DNA from: a virus
Lineage: Duplodnaviria; Caudoviricetes
IMG/VR virus record: IMGVR_UViG_3300031774_000018
Location: 1 to 56,614 of that record
Strand: one strand, 5' to 3'
Length of the DNA stretch: 56,614 nt
The position numbers were made by a program, and so were the translations under genes. The notes below the pieces were generated by a model that saw only the letters and a list, made by a program, of their open reading frames with translations, made no database searches and was not told the DNA's origin. This document shows positions 1-10,152 of the stretch, piece by piece; within the stretch, counting starts at the first letter, position 1, and each line of letters opens with the position of its first letter.

Positions 1-589
1 ACTTAGAGATGGTATTAGTAATTTAACTGGTGGCTTCATAGAAGGTTCTGATAAATCATATGTAATAGATGGCACGACTATAGATGTAGCAGATGCTAAA
101 GGTAGTAGAAAGGCTGGTGGTTTAACTAAAGGTCAAAGAGAAGTAAATAGAAGCAACGCTAAGTTAGAAGCAAATAAAATTGAATTAAAGAAAGAGGAGT
201 CTTTAAAAAACATAATAGAGGGAAATGACGATGGTAAGACTCTATTAGAATCTGGAGATTTAAGTAGAAAACAAATGAGAGATTTAAAGAAAGTAGGAAA
301 ATTAGAAAAGGCTCAAGCTGGTGATGGATATTCCTTTACTGAATATAAAGAGCAATCATATACTAAACCAACTAAACTAAAGATAGACTCAAGAAAATGG
401 AATAAAGAAGTAGAACAGAAATGGTATCATTCAGGGAAGGCTGCTGATGGGACAGGAATTGTAGGATATAATCCATCCCTTGACACAGGAGGTCCTGCAT
501 TCTTAGATAGTAGTACTCATGGAATTATGGAACCATCAGGCTCAGCAAATTGGAGAGAGCATGTTAGAGATAGTAAAGAATTTACAGTA
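1..589. repeat. Left copy of imperfect terminal direct repeat (circular assembly overlap)
   Basis: 1-589 aligns with 56041-56614 (both begin acttagagatggtattag and end gaatttacagta), with substitutions and a net 15-nt in-frame indel. Confidence 0.95.
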
Positions 590-847
590 GCTAAAAAAGT
601 AGTTCCAGCTCAAGTAGCTACAAGTGCATACTTCCAGCAAGAAGAAGCTCAAGAAGCTGCTGTAAAATATGCTAAACAAGCACAATCAAAATATTTTAGT
701 AATGTTGCTCAAAATGTTTTACAAAGACCAGTAGAACCTAATGTATCTTATTTAGATTTTAATACAAACTTAACACAAGAACAAATGTTTTTATTACAAA
801 ATTCATATAATGGTATAATCTCTGGAGGAGAAAGAAGTTATGGATAA
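2..847 (+). CDS. 3' part of wrap-around gene (begins at 55697); putative internal virion/ejection protein
   Basis: Frame of ORF 275..847 is open back to position 2 and is the same frame as the ORF starting at 55697 through the terminal overlap; about 396 aa in total. Confidence 0.75.
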   Translation, partial: LRDGISNLTGGFIEGSDKSYVIDGTTIDVADAKGSRKAGGLTKGQREVNRSNAKLEANKIELKKEESLKNIIEGNDDGKTLLESGDLSRKQMRDLKKVGKLEKAQAGDGYSFTEYKEQSYTKPTKLKIDSRKWNKEVEQKWYHSGKAADGTGIVGYNPSLDTGGPAFLDSSTHGIMEPSGSANWREHVRDSKEFTVAKKVVPAQVATSAYFQQEEAQEAAVKYAKQAQSKYFSNVAQNVLQRPVEPNVSYLDFNTNLTQEQMFLLQNSYNGIISGGERSYG

Positions 848-1472
848 TATAGATAGACAACAAGTTCCATCAGATATGGAACAGTATATGTTTGAAGGTC
901 CTGTTCCGGGACAATCTTTAACTAATGACCCTAGTAACAGAGCACCTTGGGAAGAAGCACCTAAGTTTACTTCTGTTAAAGATGCAAGAGAAAAAATATT
1001 TTTTGACTTAACACATCCTGATAGAATAGAAAGTGTACAAAAATTAATGATAAATAAAATTCCTGTTAATACTATTGCAGAAGTTTTATTAACTCAAGGA
1101 TTCAGAGAAGGTGCTTTCAATCCAGATATGTTAATGCAATTAATGGAACCTACTATGGTTATATTAATGGCTATAGCTGAGAAATCAGGTATTAGACCTA
1201 TAGTAGATGGCGAAGATAACGATAGAGATTTTGATGATGATGATGTCGGAATGCCTACTACTGACCCTAGAAATGCTGGACCAATACCTGAGCAGATGTT
1301 AAATAGAAGAAGACAGAAGCTTATGCCTAAAGGAAATATAAATCCAATGGCTGTTGGTAAAGATATTAGAACACAATTAGATAATTTAAATGTTGAAAAA
1401 GTAGAACAGAGTATATTACAAAGACCTAAACCTACTGGAGATATGAAAAGTTTATTAGACAGAGGAGAATAA
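840..1472 (+). CDS. Hypothetical virion-associated protein
   Basis: 210-aa ORF, GGAGGAG RBS, coupled to neighbours in the internal virion gene cluster. Confidence 0.65.
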   Translation: MDNIDRQQVPSDMEQYMFEGPVPGQSLTNDPSNRAPWEEAPKFTSVKDAREKIFFDLTHPDRIESVQKLMINKIPVNTIAEVLLTQGFREGAFNPDMLMQLMEPTMVILMAIAEKSGIRPIVDGEDNDRDFDDDDVGMPTTDPRNAGPIPEQMLNRRRQKLMPKGNINPMAVGKDIRTQLDNLNVEKVEQSILQRPKPTGDMKSLLDRGE

Positions 1473-1473
1473 G

Positions 1474-3627
1474 ATGGCAGATGAAATAGGAAATTTAGTT
1501 TCGAATATGGATAATATGTCTTTAGAAGACATAGGTAGTTCCTTATTATCTAGACAAGCTAGATTAAATGCAGAAGCAGCAAAAGAAGCTAAGAAGCAGG
1601 CAAGGATTCAAAATGTTTTAGGATTAATTGGTGTAGGTGTAGCTATTACTAAAGATGCTAAGAAAAGAAGATTAGCTGAATTAGAAGAAAAAAAAGTATG
1701 GGAAAGAGGTGATGATGAAGCTCAGGCTTCTCAATTTAGAACTAATTCAGAAGCAGTAAAACATTTCGTTGATTTCGATAATTTAAATCTATGGGAAGGT
1801 CAAGATTACTTAAATTTTAAAAACAATCCAGAGGAATTAAAATTTTATTATGGTGATACAGATATATCAGAACTTTCTGAATCACAAGTTAGGAGTGCTT
1901 ACTTACATGATAGTGATAGAATAGGAAGTATTGCCTTACAGTTTCGTGCTCCATTTGATGAAGCATTAAAAAAGAAAATGAATCCTCGTAGATATGAGGA
2001 ATTTGTAGGTAGTAAAGATTATGAAAAGGTACTGGAACTTCATGGTATGGATATAGCTAATCATTATTATAAAAATGTAGCTAAGGAAGGAGAACCTTAT
2101 AGACCTCAATATGAAAATTTTATTGATAACGGATTAGAATTATTTAATTTAAAAGGTCCTGATAGGGACAAATCTGCCGAAGAATTTTTAAGTAGAGCAC
2201 AAGGTATAACTCCTATGGATGTTAGTAGAGTAGAAGCAGCTTATATAGATAGATGGGGAACTGAAAATTATGATAAAGGATTAATTGGTGGTGTTATTGA
2301 TGGAGCTAGAAAGCTTGGAGCTTGGAAGGATGATACAACTCCTAATATGTTTGAAAGTTCAAGTAAAGCAGACTGGTTATTTAATAGAGACCCATTAGAA
2401 GGAAAATTTGAAATGAATTTATCTTCTGTTGTATATGATAGTGTTAATAATAGATTACAAGAATTTGAAAGTAATACTTTACCCGGATTAAGCCGAGAGA
2501 GTTTATTGGAATTAGAGTTACAAGTAGACGAAGATTATACACCATATACACAATATGACGATTATAAAGAACAAGGTTTACTTTCTGCTAAGAACTTTAC
2601 ATATAAAGCTTTGTACGGAAATCGAACCAGAGAAGAGATAACAGCTAGTGCTTTAGTTCATATGTCGGTGCCTACTTATGAAGGAGAAAATCAGACTCAT
2701 AAAGGTTTAGGATGGCGTATGATTTGGAGGAGAGCTGACAGATATTCAGATGATTTAGGTGAGCTTGAACTAAAGGCATTCCATACAGACACAGCTAAAT
2801 TAGCTATAGCCATGGAATTAGACCCGAAAAAATACAGACAAATCTATGGTAATATGGTAGGAACTTTAAATGGATTCGAAAGTAATGATGAATCTGCTAT
2901 GGTAGAATATGATAGATTTGCTTCTGATGAACAAGGTAGAATAATAATAGCTTCTAGAATGTTAATGCGAGAAGGTTTCTATAGTGAGGGAGTTCAAGCT
3001 CATGAAGGATATGATTTCGAAACAGACACAGTTGATAGATTTGATAAATATTCTGTACCTAGAGGTTATAATACTCATAATAATATAATGGCTCACGCAG
3101 AAAATAATTATATTTATGTAGATAAAAAGGGATGGCATTTAAATAATGATGTTAAGGGAGATGGTAGTGGAGGTTGGAGTGAGTTAAGTCCTCAGAAACA
3201 AGCTCAAGTATGGCATACTACTCTTATGAATATTGGTAATCTAGAGGTAGAAAATCAGATTGATTTAGTAGATATATATAATGAGTTTACTCAAAGTATT
3301 CCTCATCCAATTATGGGTACTGTGGATGTTAATCAGTATCAGAGATGGCTAGCAGATGATTCAGCTAGAGCAGTAATATTTGGTGCTGACTTAGGACCCG
3401 ATTATAATATGCCTGTAGATAAATGGTCAGAGGTTATGAATAAAAGAGGAACAATGAATCTTGATATCAATCATTGGAGTGACTCATATTATTTCCCACA
3501 AGTGTCAGTACCTAGGACATTAGGTAGTACTCAAAATCAAGGTAGTAGAAACGAATATTTAAACCGAATAAAAATGATTAAAGACTACGGGAGCCTTGAA
3601 GCTCCGGAGGTTGCTGGAAAAAAGTAG
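1474..3627 (+). CDS. Putative internal virion protein; ends at a -1 frameshift site
   Basis: 717 aa, GAGGAG RBS, N-terminal helical/hydrophobic segment, last codons GGA AAA AAG TAG. Confidence 0.7.
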   Translation: MADEIGNLVSNMDNMSLEDIGSSLLSRQARLNAEAAKEAKKQARIQNVLGLIGVGVAITKDAKKRRLAELEEKKVWERGDDEAQASQFRTNSEAVKHFVDFDNLNLWEGQDYLNFKNNPEELKFYYGDTDISELSESQVRSAYLHDSDRIGSIALQFRAPFDEALKKKMNPRRYEEFVGSKDYEKVLELHGMDIANHYYKNVAKEGEPYRPQYENFIDNGLELFNLKGPDRDKSAEEFLSRAQGITPMDVSRVEAAYIDRWGTENYDKGLIGGVIDGARKLGAWKDDTTPNMFESSSKADWLFNRDPLEGKFEMNLSSVVYDSVNNRLQEFESNTLPGLSRESLLELELQVDEDYTPYTQYDDYKEQGLLSAKNFTYKALYGNRTREEITASALVHMSVPTYEGENQTHKGLGWRMIWRRADRYSDDLGELELKAFHTDTAKLAIAMELDPKKYRQIYGNMVGTLNGFESNDESAMVEYDRFASDEQGRIIIASRMLMREGFYSEGVQAHEGYDFETDTVDRFDKYSVPRGYNTHNNIMAHAENNYIYVDKKGWHLNNDVKGDGSGGWSELSPQKQAQVWHTTLMNIGNLEVENQIDLVDIYNEFTQSIPHPIMGTVDVNQYQRWLADDSARAVIFGADLGPDYNMPVDKWSEVMNKRGTMNLDINHWSDSYYFPQVSVPRTLGSTQNQGSRNEYLNRIKMIKDYGSLEAPEVAGKK

Positions 3628-3663
3628 ATAAGGTAGAGACAGGAGATACTAGCTCTCTACCTT
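3606..3663 (+). promoter_or_regulatory. Programmed -1 ribosomal frameshift signal
   Basis: Internal SD-like GGAGGT 3606-3611, heptamer A_AAA_AAG 3618-3624, 5-nt spacer, perfect 10-bp stem AAGGTAGAGA (3630-3639)/TCTCTACCTT (3654-3663). Confidence 0.8.
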
Positions 3664-4385
3664 TTACACCACCTGACAAATGGGCTAATGTAACTAAGGA
3701 TGATATATTTGGACAAGATATCCAAAATACTCCACTATACGATGAAAATACTAGAGAGGAATTAAGTAATTACCAGAGGAGAATGAATAATGTATTTGTT
3801 TCTGCAGGCTTTGCTCCCATTCCTTTTAATGATAAAACAAATAAAGCAACTGATACTCTAATAAGCTTTATTGCATCTAATGAAAGTGGTGGTGAAAGTA
3901 ATCCACTTATTGCAACCAACCCTGACTCAACTGCAAAAGGAGTTTTTCAATTTACTGATGAAACAACTAAGACAGCAGTTGTAAGACTTGTTAATAATTC
4001 TAAGTTTGGAGACTATGAAGTACCTAATGATGTACAGGTATTATATGATGAAATAATGTCAGAGGGATTAGAGGCAATAGATATTCTTAGATTATCTCCT
4101 ACTTCGCAGACTTTATTAGCTTTCTCAAATTTAATAGAACGACCTGTTTCTATAGATGGTGTAAAGCAAGATGGTTTAGGTACTGAATTAATGTGGAATT
4201 ATTATAGTGCAGCTCCCGGTTCTAAAGAGCAAGCCCTAGCTGCAAAAAGAATTTATGAATTAACACATCATACTGATGCAGGAAATAAGAATATGGGTCC
4301 TATTAAAAAAATAAAATATGCACTAGGTAAGGATAAGAATATTGAAAGAAATTTACTAAAATATTATCCGGGATATAAGGACTAA
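3624..4385 (+). CDS. Lytic transglycosylase/lysozyme-like domain, probably expressed as a -1 frameshift extension of 1474..3627
   Basis: Frame of ORF 3783..4385 is open from the slip site; motif IASNESGG...STAKGVFQF resembles the SLT-type catalytic Glu-Ser and AxGxxQ motifs. Confidence 0.7.
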   Translation, partial: VDKVETGDTSSLPFTPPDKWANVTKDDIFGQDIQNTPLYDENTREELSNYQRRMNNVFVSAGFAPIPFNDKTNKATDTLISFIASNESGGESNPLIATNPDSTAKGVFQFTDETTKTAVVRLVNNSKFGDYEVPNDVQVLYDEIMSEGLEAIDILRLSPTSQTLLAFSNLIERPVSIDGVKQDGLGTELMWNYYSAAPGSKEQALAAKRIYELTHHTDAGNKNMGPIKKIKYALGKDKNIERNLLKYYPGYKD

Positions 4386-4387
4386 AT

Positions 4388-7300
4388 ATGGCATTACAAA
4401 GAGCAGGTAGTTTAACTTGGGAAGCTATTAAAAGAAATCAGCAACGAGCTAAAGAAGAAGAACTACTAGAAAAAGAAAGAAAGTTACAAGCACATAATAA
4501 CTTTCTTGTCCCTGAGATTCCAGATAGAAGTCTTAAAGATACTAATACTATAGATGTCATAGAGAGCTCATTAGAAAAAAGCTCTCGTAGACCTTTAGAA
4601 TCTTTAGGTAATAAAATAACTTTAACCCAACTTAAAAACGATGACGAGTTTGCTGATACAGCAGAACGATTTATGGAAAGTATTAATCGTGATGAGAACA
4701 TATATGAATATCTAAGGGATGCTAATTTTAGTTTATCTTCTGCTGCACAAAGAGCTGCTGAGATGAAGAGATGGGATGAACAAACTTTACAAGATTATTC
4801 ATATTTAAGAAATAGATTTAATAATGCTGAAATTGGAAACTGGAAAGAACGAGTAGGTTTAATAAAAGATTTAGGTGGTGATATTCTTCTTGACCCTCTT
4901 AACTGGCTTACTGCTTTGTTAGCACTTCCTAGTGCTGGTAGTTCTTTAGGCTTTGGTCTTTCAGCTAGAGCTGTATCACAAGCTGCTATTAATAAAGGAG
5001 TAAAGGAACTTGCTAAACAAGGAACTAAAAGATGGACTAAAGAACAAGCTGAGAAATCAGTTAAGTATGAAGCAGCTAGAAGATTTGCTAAAGTAGGTGC
5101 TGTAGAAGGTGCTGCATGGACAGGACTACATGATTATTTTATGCAAGATATTGATATTAATCTAGGTCTTCAAGATGATATAGAAGCAGATAGAATAACA
5201 AAGTCAATGTTAATGGGTGGAGCATTTGGTGGTGCTATTGGTGGGGTAGCTGGTAGATATTTAGCAGGTCCTGCATATTCTAAAACATTACAAAAAGAAT
5301 TTGATTTCGCTGCAGAAGGTAATGTAGATGTATTTGTAGGTCCACTAGGCGAAAAGCCATTTTATAAAATAGGTAGTGAACAACCATCGCCGAGACAAGG
5401 AACTTTATTTGATGATGTTGAACAACCTAAACAGACTAAAGAGACTAAACCAAATCCTCGTAAAGAAGAGGCTGCAAGACATGAAACAGAATCTAGAGCT
5501 AATTCAACTGTCCATAATAAATTTAATGAAGAAGATAGTACAAACTTTTTAGATTGGAAAGAAGCCTCTGATAAAATAGGTGAGATTGGCAGTAAAGCAA
5601 TAAGTCCAATGACATGGTTCTTAAGAACATTCATACAAAAACCTACACAAAAATTTGTTGATGTATTAAAAGATAATGCATCTCCGACATTAACTAATAA
5701 TCTTCGTAAATTAAGAAATGATTTTGATAAAGGAATAGCACAAGGATTAGATTCTGCTGGTGGAAGTGCTAAGTTAAGAAAAGAATATGCTGATGAAATG
5801 AATCCAGATGGACCTAAGAGTCAACTTACAACTCAAAGTTATGGAGAATATTTTGGAGAACTAATTGGTAAATATCATGTAGGGTTAGAACAAACCTTTG
5901 GAGTTTTAGGATTAACTGGATGGAGACAAGTAATAACTAAAGAAACTAATAATAAGATGAAGACTTTATTACAAAGTAAAGATATTCAAGTTCTTAGACA
6001 AAGAGAATTATTATCAGACATCCGTGACCCTAACCCAAGATATGGAAGATACACAGGTGAAGAACATATATTAGTTAATATGGGTTCAAAAAAAGGGAAA
6101 GCTAATTGGCAGAAAGTAGAGATTGGTTATAATCATAATGGTATTGAATTAGATAAGAAAATGTATTTTGGTTATACGAGATTAAGAGGATTATATGATG
6201 ATGTTTACGATAGAGCAAAGATGGAAGGACTATTTAAACAAGGTGGTCCACAAAGATTAGGTTACTTCCCTAGAAAATTTAGTCATAGTGCTATACAAAA
6301 AAATAGAGTAGGTTTAGAAAGACAAATAGTAAAAGCTAACCATGCTAATCCTAGTAATGAAATAGAAACATTTAAAGATTTTGTTCAAAAAGTTGGTGAT
6401 GAATGGGTGGATGTAGGTGAGGCAGCTCATAGAGCTTCTAAAGGAAGAGACTGGAATCTTTTTGCAAATCTTAGAGAGACTGGTTCAAATTCTTTTGAAG
6501 AGCTTGCTGCTAGAAAATGGTTCTGGGACACTTTAAGTAAAGGTCAAAGAAAAAGAATTTCTAGTAGTACAGAAGTTAAAGCTTGGTTAAAGAAAAATGA
6601 TTACAAAGGTAACGAAGCTTGGAAACAATCTTGGAGATATCTAGTAGATAAGATAGATGATAAAATGGATATTAATACAAATATTAATGGAGTAAAAACT
6701 AGAATATCTTTTGGTAAAGAAAGCCCTTATAATTATCTTACAAAGAAAACTAATGAAACTGTAGACTTATATGAATATGCTAGAAGACTTAAAGCTAGAC
6801 ATATCGTAGATGACATGTTAAATAAAAGACATGTGCCATATGAATTACAAGGATTAAATAAAAGATATGGAGAAAGTTCAGGATTCTTACATACTAGAGT
6901 ATTTAATAGAATACCTGATAGTTCATTAGATGAATTTGTTGATACTGATGTTATGAGAGTATCACAAGATTATTTTAATAATGCTTCACAAATATTGGCT
7001 AGGTCTAGATATTTTGGTAATAATATTGATGACTTGAAAAAAGATATCTTTGAACCTATTAGAAGAGAATTAGAATCTTCTGGTATGAGTGCAGATGAAG
7101 CTTCTAAAGTTACTGGTGACTTTATGAAAATGATTAGTAGAGTTACAGGAGTAGACCAAAGTCATAGAAATAGTTGGTTTGCTAGAACACCGGCTGGTAG
7201 AAGGACCGGAGATATATTAAAGTTATCTCAACAAATGGCTCATTTACCATTAGCTACACTTTCTAGTATAACTGAACCTATGATTCTTTTAACTAGAGAT

Positions 7301-9082
7301 TTTTCTACTGATACAGCAAAAACTATTGGTAAGTCTTTAGTTAATGAAGGTGGAAATATAATGTCTCGTACTGTAAGACATGTACAAATGGGCAGAGGAA
7401 AAGTCTTACAAGGTAAAAGAAGTTTAAAACATTTAGGTGTTGAAGAGGATGCTGGAAAATATAAAATATCTCAGGTTTCAGATGATGACTGGTTTGAATT
7501 ATATAAAACTGGATTAGCTTTAGAACAAACTGTTATGGAAAGAATTGAAGGATTAGCTGGAGAAGCTTTACATGGTAGTGGAATGAAGTCAGCACAGAAT
7601 TTCTTTTTTAAATCTAACCTACTAACTCAATGGACAAGAGCTGTTCAACTTGCTTCTTATACTACAGGTAAAAGAATTATTAGACAGCATTCTAGAGCTT
7701 TGGCTACAGGTAGAACTGACTTAGGAAATAAATTAAGTTCTGGTAGAAGAAAATTAATAAATGAGGAATTAAGAGATTTAGGTATTGAACCTAAAGAGGC
7801 TGCTACTTGGTGGAATAATAGTTTAAATAAAGCAACTGGTCAGTTTGATGAGAACTTATCTAAAGGTATAACAGGAAAGTTTGAAATAGGCGAAGGAAAA
7901 ATATTTTTACAGAATGCACAATTCTATCAAAAAATGAATCGAGGTGGGAATAGGTTTGCAAAAGAGATTATTCTAAACCCAAGTGTCCAAGAAGCTAATA
8001 GACCATTATGGTTCTCAAATCCTAATGCTCAGTTATTAATGCAATTTGCTGGTTACCCAACAGTATTTACTAATACTATTTTGAAAAAATTTGCTAGAGA
8101 TATAGCTAAAGATGGAAGCAGAAAAGAAATGTATAGAACTGGTAAGCTTTTACCTACTGTTTTCATGATGACTGCAGTAGCTCATGTAGGTAATGAAATC
8201 AGAAGTAATGGTAAAGCTAAAATAGACTATGCAACTGGAGAAGAAAAACCTACTCGTTCTGTAATAATGGATGCATGGAGAAGATGGGGTGGCTTAGGTC
8301 CTTTTGATTATACTGCAAGATTTGCAGACCAACGAGAAAGAGGAATGGGATTACCTACTGAGATATTAAAATCTATTGGTGGTCCTCTACCCCAAGATGT
8401 AATAGACATGATTGCTTATCGTAAAGGTTTTGCAGAAGTAGGTGTAAGTAATCTTCCTTATTTTCAGTTATATGATATATTCTTTGGTGAAGGTACTAAA
8501 GCTAAACTAAGAAAGGTAGCAAGAGGTAGTAGTGGTAAAAGTAAAAAATCAAAACGAAAGAAAGATAGGTATGGATTTGATAAAGGTGGTTTAGTTTATA
8601 ATGTTCCGAATGTAGTAAAAGAACCTGATGAAAGGATTGACAAATTGACAGGTAAACGCTATAATAACAATATAGCATTTTTAGAGGATGAAGAAGATAG
8701 AGCTTTAAAAGGTCAAATGGAAGGGCTAGGATTAAGAGAGCCTTTTGTAGTAGGTGGTTTAGTACAATCTTTAGGTAAAACAGTACAAAAAGGTGTGTCA
8801 AGAAAGTCTGCTGTAAATCTAAGAACTCGTTATTTAGACCCAGAGTATTTAAAAACTTTAAAACGCAAATCATCTAAGGCTGCAGAATCTTCAAAGTTTA
8901 ATGTACGAGCTGACGATGTATATGAGATGCTAACTCATGGTCATATAACTGTAAAAGAGGCTAGAACATTATTAAGAGATTATGGATATAGAAGATATAC
9001 TATTGAAAAAATAATGAGAGGTTTTAAAGATGTCGATTACAAATTAGGCGATGATTTTGTAACTTGGAGTGATGATTTATGA
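4388..9082 (+). CDS. Large internal virion (DNA ejection) protein
   Basis: 1564 aa, last of the virion cluster before the lysis genes, Gly/Ala-rich hydrophobic segments near the N-terminus; position analogous to the largest ejection protein of podoviruses. Confidence 0.7.
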   Translation: MALQRAGSLTWEAIKRNQQRAKEEELLEKERKLQAHNNFLVPEIPDRSLKDTNTIDVIESSLEKSSRRPLESLGNKITLTQLKNDDEFADTAERFMESINRDENIYEYLRDANFSLSSAAQRAAEMKRWDEQTLQDYSYLRNRFNNAEIGNWKERVGLIKDLGGDILLDPLNWLTALLALPSAGSSLGFGLSARAVSQAAINKGVKELAKQGTKRWTKEQAEKSVKYEAARRFAKVGAVEGAAWTGLHDYFMQDIDINLGLQDDIEADRITKSMLMGGAFGGAIGGVAGRYLAGPAYSKTLQKEFDFAAEGNVDVFVGPLGEKPFYKIGSEQPSPRQGTLFDDVEQPKQTKETKPNPRKEEAARHETESRANSTVHNKFNEEDSTNFLDWKEASDKIGEIGSKAISPMTWFLRTFIQKPTQKFVDVLKDNASPTLTNNLRKLRNDFDKGIAQGLDSAGGSAKLRKEYADEMNPDGPKSQLTTQSYGEYFGELIGKYHVGLEQTFGVLGLTGWRQVITKETNNKMKTLLQSKDIQVLRQRELLSDIRDPNPRYGRYTGEEHILVNMGSKKGKANWQKVEIGYNHNGIELDKKMYFGYTRLRGLYDDVYDRAKMEGLFKQGGPQRLGYFPRKFSHSAIQKNRVGLERQIVKANHANPSNEIETFKDFVQKVGDEWVDVGEAAHRASKGRDWNLFANLRETGSNSFEELAARKWFWDTLSKGQRKRISSSTEVKAWLKKNDYKGNEAWKQSWRYLVDKIDDKMDINTNINGVKTRISFGKESPYNYLTKKTNETVDLYEYARRLKARHIVDDMLNKRHVPYELQGLNKRYGESSGFLHTRVFNRIPDSSLDEFVDTDVMRVSQDYFNNASQILARSRYFGNNIDDLKKDIFEPIRRELESSGMSADEASKVTGDFMKMISRVTGVDQSHRNSWFARTPAGRRTGDILKLSQQMAHLPLATLSSITEPMILLTRDFSTDTAKTIGKSLVNEGGNIMSRTVRHVQMGRGKVLQGKRSLKHLGVEEDAGKYKISQVSDDDWFELYKTGLALEQTVMERIEGLAGEALHGSGMKSAQNFFFKSNLLTQWTRAVQLASYTTGKRIIRQHSRALATGRTDLGNKLSSGRRKLINEELRDLGIEPKEAATWWNNSLNKATGQFDENLSKGITGKFEIGEGKIFLQNAQFYQKMNRGGNRFAKEIILNPSVQEANRPLWFSNPNAQLLMQFAGYPTVFTNTILKKFARDIAKDGSRKEMYRTGKLLPTVFMMTAVAHVGNEIRSNGKAKIDYATGEEKPTRSVIMDAWRRWGGLGPFDYTARFADQRERGMGLPTEILKSIGGPLPQDVIDMIAYRKGFAEVGVSNLPYFQLYDIFFGEGTKAKLRKVARGSSGKSKKSKRKKDRYGFDKGGLVYNVPNVVKEPDERIDKLTGKRYNNNIAFLEDEEDRALKGQMEGLGLREPFVVGGLVQSLGKTVQKGVSRKSAVNLRTRYLDPEYLKTLKRKSSKAAESSKFNVRADDVYEMLTHGHITVKEARTLLRDYGYRRYTIEKIMRGFKDVDYKLGDDFVTWSDDL

Positions 9083-9525
9083 ACATAGATAAATGTAAAG
9101 AACAAATTAAAAGACATGAAGGTGAAGTCCTAGAAATCTATTTAGATAGTTTAGGTTATAAAACTTTAGGAATAGGACATTTATGTCAACCACAGGACCC
9201 TGAATATAATTGGGAAGTGGGAACTGCTGTAACTCAAGAAGTAGTTGATATGTATTTTGATAGTGATTTTTCAAAGCATGTTGTTGAAGCAATAGAAGTT
9301 GTAGGTAAAGATGAGTTTAGAGATTTACCAGATGCAGTAAAAGAAGTAATAGTTAATATGTGTTTTAATTTAGGTGGTACTAGATTATCTAAATTTAAAA
9401 ATATGTTAAAGGCATGTAGAGAACACGACTGGAAAAAGATGGCTGTTGAAATGGAAGATAGTAAATGGTTTAAACAAGTAGGTCGTAGAAGCATTGAGTT
9501 ACAAGAAGTAATCTTAAGTCAATGA
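9079..9525 (+). CDS. Endolysin, T4-lysozyme-like (GH24)
   Basis: HEG...IYLDSLGYKTLGIGH catalytic E-x8-D-x5-T pattern; NMCFNLG and SKWFKQVGRR motifs. Confidence 0.92.
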   Translation: MNIDKCKEQIKRHEGEVLEIYLDSLGYKTLGIGHLCQPQDPEYNWEVGTAVTQEVVDMYFDSDFSKHVVEAIEVVGKDEFRDLPDAVKEVIVNMCFNLGGTRLSKFKNMLKACREHDWKKMAVEMEDSKWFKQVGRRSIELQEVILSQ

Positions 9526-9668
9526 TGGTCTTATATACTGAGGACCAACTTGAAGCTGCCTATAATAGTTATAGGTTACATCAGTTAGGACAAGGTGTAG
9601 GATTTATGCAATTAGAAGATTTTAGAATACTATTTGAAGATTTAATGCAAATAATATACGAGGAATAA
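9522..9668 (+). CDS. Small hypothetical protein (48 aa, MMVLYTEDQLEAAY...)
   Basis: Below the ORF-track cutoff; fills the gap exactly, with ATGA overlap on the endolysin stop. Confidence 0.6.
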   Translation: MMVLYTEDQLEAAYNSYRLHQLGQGVGFMQLEDFRILFEDLMQIIYEE

Positions 9669-9669
9669 A

Positions 9670-10152
9670 ATGAAAAATATATTAAAAAATATCGTAGGTG
9701 CTGTAGCCCCAACATTAGGAACTGCTTTAGGTGGACCTATGGGTGGCATGGCAGCTAATATGATAGCAGATGTTTTAGGAGTACCTAATAATCCTAAAGC
9801 TATAGAAAAAGGATTAGCAGAAGCTACGCCTGAACAGATGCTAGAGCTTAAGAAAGCTGAACAAGCTTTTGATATTCAAATGAAAGAGCTTGAAGTAGAT
9901 GTATATAAATTAGAAGTTGCAGATACACAAGATGCTCGTAGTAAATTTGGTAAAGATTGGACTACAAGGATTATGGGTATGGCAACTATTGGTGGCTTCT
10001 TAGCTTACATTTTTTTAGTAACACTACAACCACCAGAGCAAAACTCTGAGGCACTTATTAATCTTGTATTAGGTTACTTAGGTGGTCTAGCAAGTGCTGT
10101 AATATCATTTTACTTCGGAGCATCACAGGGTTCTAGTAAAGACGATAAGTAA
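9670..10152 (+). CDS. Putative holin (3TM-holin-like membrane protein)
   Basis: N-terminal glycine zipper, coiled segment, two C-terminal TM helices ending in ISFYFG; next to the endolysin. Confidence 0.65.
   Translation: MKNILKNIVGAVAPTLGTALGGPMGGMAANMIADVLGVPNNPKAIEKGLAEATPEQMLELKKAEQAFDIQMKELEVDVYKLEVADTQDARSKFGKDWTTRIMGMATIGGFLAYIFLVTLQPPEQNSEALINLVLGYLGGLASAVISFYFGASQGSSKDDK

Noticed and set aside
3783-4385. Independent gene starting at ATG 3783
   Set aside because: SD is 1 nt from the ATG and the frame is open back to the slippery site; treated as a frameshift extension, though independent initiation is not excluded.
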